Positions 61,572 through 64,000 of a stretch of DNA of 64,000 bases are shown one piece after another (positions within the stretch are counted from its first letter, which is position 1; every line of letters begins with the position of its first letter). A model generated the notes under the pieces. The model made no database searches, was not told the origin of the DNA, and saw only the letters and a list, made by a program, of their open reading frames with translations. Made by a program: the position numbers and the translations under genes. Source of the DNA: a bacterium (lineage in GTDB: Bacteria; Chloroflexota; Dehalococcoidia; Tepidiformales; Tepidiformaceae); assembly GCA_003577245.1 (NCBI GenBank), contig QEVS01000003.1, positions 52,300 through 116,299 on the forward strand, given 5' to 3'.

Positions 61572-62351
61572 TTAGCAGTAGCGCTTCAAGACCCGCCCGT
61601 GAGGCAGCGTGAAGTCGTACCGTGTGTAAACGGCGCCGGTGATTCGCCCAACCGGCAGGCAGTGCCACGGGTCCAGCGCCGATGCCGTGTCGAAGCTCAG
61701 GGTCCCGGTTCCCGCCCACGCCTCGTGCGTCACGCTCTCCATGTTCGATACCTCAATGAGCTCCGCCAGGGCGGGAGGGGCTCCCTCCCCGGCCGCGGGG
61801 ATGACGCGCAACGACAGGCTGCCCCCTCCACCGTCGCCGGAAGGCAATGGCAATGGCCGTTCCATGCGCATGGCAGCAGTGATCAGACGTACACCGCGGG
61901 GCCGCTCCAGGGTCCCGCGCAGGAACTCCGCCTCCTGCTCGATCTCAATGTGTGCCATCTTCTTCGGGTAGCCCCATACCTCCCGTCCGGCGACAAGCGG
62001 CGGGACCTCGGTCACGGCAATGTGCGCGATGTAGAAGCGCGGTGCACCCTGCCAGAGGCACTCGAGGCCCAGTATCGCTTCGTTGTAGGGGCCAAAAGTC
62101 GAAAACGGGTAGCGCACCAGCATCAGCCGCGCCATGGCAGGCAGGGGCAGTTCGAGCCCTTCGGGAAGCAGCGCGGCCGCCGCCCCCGCGTCTGTTTCGT
62201 AGGCTATTGTCATTGCCCGGGCGTCGCGGAAGTAGAACGGCGGCTCCTGGTAGTAGGGCGCATCGACCGGCATTGAGCGGCGGATGCGCCCGGGCCCAAG
62301 CTGGCCGGGCAGCGTTCGTACAGCGGGTTGCGTGACTGTTTCGGCTGTCAT
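61572..62351 (-). CDS. acetoacetate decarboxylase (ADC) family protein
   Basis: YYQEPPFYFRDARAMTIAYETD...GREVWGYPKK is a typical ADC-family core. Start at ATG 62351. Confidence 0.8.
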   Translation of the reverse strand: MTAETVTQPAVRTLPGQLGPGRIRRSMPVDAPYYQEPPFYFRDARAMTIAYETDAGAAAALLPEGLELPLPAMARLMLVRYPFSTFGPYNEAILGLECLWQGAPRFYIAHIAVTEVPPLVAGREVWGYPKKMAHIEIEQEAEFLRGTLERPRGVRLITAAMRMERPLPLPSGDGGGGSLSLRVIPAAGEGAPPALAELIEVSNMESVTHEAWAGTGTLSFDTASALDPWHCLPVGRITGAVYTRYDFTLPHGRVLKRYC

Positions 62352-62459
62352 TCGTGCGCCTCCTGCTCGCCCGGCCAGTCCTGCTTCGCGTGTCAGGCCG
62401 CAGGCCGGGCGGCCTGACTGTAATCCCCTTGCCAGGGGCTGGCAATCACCCGTGGGGGG

Positions 62460-62483
62460 CTTAGTGTAAGGTTGACACGAAGT
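62460..62483. promoter_or_regulatory. imperfect palindromic operator A upstream of nadA (overlaps a TTGACA -35)
   Basis: CTTAGTGTA-AGGTT-GACACGAAGT has 2 arm mismatches relative to site B. TTGACA at 62472..62477 is followed by 17 nt and then CATGCT. Confidence 0.4.
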
Positions 62484-62511
62484 CATCCGTCAGGCATGCT
62501 GAATCTGCCTG

Positions 62512-62536
62512 ACTTAGTGTATGAAGTACACTAAGT
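62512..62536. promoter_or_regulatory. perfect palindromic operator B upstream of nadA
   Basis: ACTTAGTGTA-TGAAG-TACACTAAGT (10-bp arms), 20 nt before the nadA ATG. The centre is 52 bp from site A. Confidence 0.5.
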
Positions 62537-62555
62537 CCGTCGAGGAGGGAACGGA

Positions 62556-63782
62556 ATGACACCACCTGCCGCCGCCACCACGCTCGCTCCCGCGGCCGCC
62601 GCGGAAGCCCTGGCGCTCTACTCCGACCCCGAGACCTGCCCCTCCGATAGCCTCGCGCCCGTTCCTCTCGCTGAAGAGCGCGCCTTTGTGGCCTGGCAGC
62701 AGGACATCCCCCGCGAGTACCTGGCCCTTTCCGCGGACGAGCTCGACCGCCGCATTCGCAAGGCCCGCGCTGCCCTTGGTGCCAAGCTCGTGATTCTCGG
62801 CCACCACTACCAGCGCGATGAGGTCATCAAGTACGCCGACTTCACCGGCGACAGCTTCAAGCTCGCCCAGCACGCCGCCGCCGCCAAGCAGGCCGAGTAC
62901 GTGCTCTTCTGCGGCGTTCACTTCATGGCCGAATCCGCCGATATCCTCACCCGGCCGGGAGTCAGGGTCATCCTGCCCAACATGGCCGCCGGCTGCTCCA
63001 TGGCAGACATGGCCGACCCCGAGGACGTCTATGAGGCCTGGGACACCATCCAGGACGTGCTCGGCGGTACCGCGAAGGTCATCCCTCTCACCTACATGAA
63101 CAGCGCCGCCAGCCTGAAAGCGTTTGTAGGCGAACGCGAAGGCCTGGTTTGTACTTCAAGCAACGCGCCGAAGACGTTCGAGTACGCCTTCGCCCGCGGC
63201 GAAAAGATCCTCTTCTTCCCCGACCAGCACCTGGGCCGGAACACCGGCTGGCAGATGGGAATCCCCCTTGAGGAGATGGTTCTCTGGAACTGGCGGCGGC
63301 CCATGGGCGGCCTCACCCCGGACGAAATCCGCCGGGCGAAGGTCATCCTCTGGCAGGGGCACTGCTCGACCCATCAGCGATTCAACGTCGCCCAGGTTGA
63401 AAAGGCGCGCGAAGAGATTCCCGGCGTGCGCATCATCGTCCACCCCGAATGCCGCTGGGAGGTTGTACAGGCTGCCGATCACTCGGGCTCAACCGAGCGC
63501 ATCATCAAGGTGGTCAGCGAATCGGAGCCGGGCTCGGCCTGGGGCGTGGGCACCGAGATCAACCTCGTGAACCGCCTCGCGAAGGCCAACCCGGATAAGC
63601 GCGTATTCTGCCTCGACCCGGTGGTCTGCCCCTGCAGCACCATGTACCGCATTCACCCGGCCTATCTTGCCTGGACGCTCGAAGGGCTCGTCGCCGGACA
63701 CGTGGTCAACGAAGTGCGCGTCGATGCAGAGACCCGGAAGTGGGCGCTCGTGGCCCTCGAGCGCATGCTTGCCCTCAAGTAG
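62556..63782 (+). CDS. nadA: quinolinate synthase
   Basis: ILGHHYQRDEVIKYADFTGDS, AGCSMADM, GHCSTH, HPEC and VGTE motifs. Confidence 0.9.
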   Translation: MTPPAAATTLAPAAAAEALALYSDPETCPSDSLAPVPLAEERAFVAWQQDIPREYLALSADELDRRIRKARAALGAKLVILGHHYQRDEVIKYADFTGDSFKLAQHAAAAKQAEYVLFCGVHFMAESADILTRPGVRVILPNMAAGCSMADMADPEDVYEAWDTIQDVLGGTAKVIPLTYMNSAASLKAFVGEREGLVCTSSNAPKTFEYAFARGEKILFFPDQHLGRNTGWQMGIPLEEMVLWNWRRPMGGLTPDEIRRAKVILWQGHCSTHQRFNVAQVEKAREEIPGVRIIVHPECRWEVVQAADHSGSTERIIKVVSESEPGSAWGVGTEINLVNRLAKANPDKRVFCLDPVVCPCSTMYRIHPAYLAWTLEGLVAGHVVNEVRVDAETRKWALVALERMLALK

Positions 63783-63794
63783 CGGCGCTCCAGC

Positions 63795-64000
63795 CTAGTT
63801 CCGAGCGCCAAACCCTTCGAACTTGCGCCGCCGGTAGTCCACCACTTCTTCCTGTGTGCGTTCCAGCAATTCGTCGAGCACCTCGGCCAGCAGCGCCACC
63901 CGCTCTGCTGCGGGTTCGATTTCAAGCAGGCGCTGCTTCACCTCCTCGTCCGCCTTGAGGAGCGGCGCCACCTGGTTCACAAGGGCATGGGCTCCCTGCG
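63795..64000 (-). CDS. C-terminal part of a gene running off the window (possibly a LON N-terminal-domain-like protein)
   Basis: The frame is open to the window edge. The helical tail LLEIEPAAERVALLAEVLDELLER resembles the C-termini of LON substrate-binding-domain proteins. Weak call. Confidence 0.3.
   Translation of the reverse strand, partial: QGAHALVNQVAPLLKADEEVKQRLLEIEPAAERVALLAEVLDELLERTQEEVVDYRRRKFEGFGARN

Noticed and set aside
1-64000. Mobile elements, prophage, tRNA/rRNA genes, CRISPR arrays
   Set aside because: No integrase, transposase or recombinase translations are present, no tRNA T-arm-like GGTTCGAATCC motifs appear in the spacers, and there are no regular repeat-spacer arrays.

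Overview
GC-rich bacterial chromosomal segment (about two-thirds G+C by eye, not computed). It is densely coding on both strands, with about 65 supportable protein genes and many 1-8 nt start/stop overlaps. Most of it is core metabolism and DNA maintenance: uvrB, panD-panB-panC (panE lies elsewhere), mutM, ruvA, purL, malQ, glpX, folP-folK, dinB, an MrfA/YprA-like DExH helicase with a DUF1998 Zn module, rnc-smc and nadA. There is also an acyl-CoA (steroid/branched-lipid-like) catabolic neighbourhood: two crotonases, a tandem-fused family III CoA-transferase, a Cys-less thiolase-fold protein paired with DUF35, a true thiolase, two SDRs and an LLM oxidoreductase. Envelope and secreted proteins include an M23 peptidase, a CAP/YkwD-like protein, an SH3b lipoprotein, a 1086-aa DUF11/Cna-B-like adhesin and a cupredoxin. 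Two GGDEF genes and a vapBC module are also present. I recognised no rRNA, tRNA, CRISPR array, transposase or integrase. Gene content fits a Chloroflexota- or Actinomycetota-like lineage, but that is inference only. No known defence or mobile system is evident. The most unusual items are: (1) a three-gene operon next to rnc whose first two products share a PHD-like C4HC3 zinc-finger pattern; (2) a Gly-rich 84-aa protein with two Hcp-beta1-like [10 protein letters not shown] motifs; (3) a c-di-AMP (ydaO-class)-like RNA element plus terminator in a 470-nt spacer; (4) a 286-nt terminator-containing leader in front of panD; (5) a circularly permuted DsbA-like protein; (6) vapBC with a third, translationally coupled Cys-rich gene; (7) a degenerate GGDEF gene that keeps its I-site and carries an in-frame TAA three codons after its SD-linked start; (8) GAAC-N4-GT(T/G)C LexA-like boxes at dinB, the MrfA-like helicase and, weakly, uvrB; (9) paired 25-bp palindromic operators upstream of nadA. 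All calls come from reading the translations and sequence only. No searches were run.
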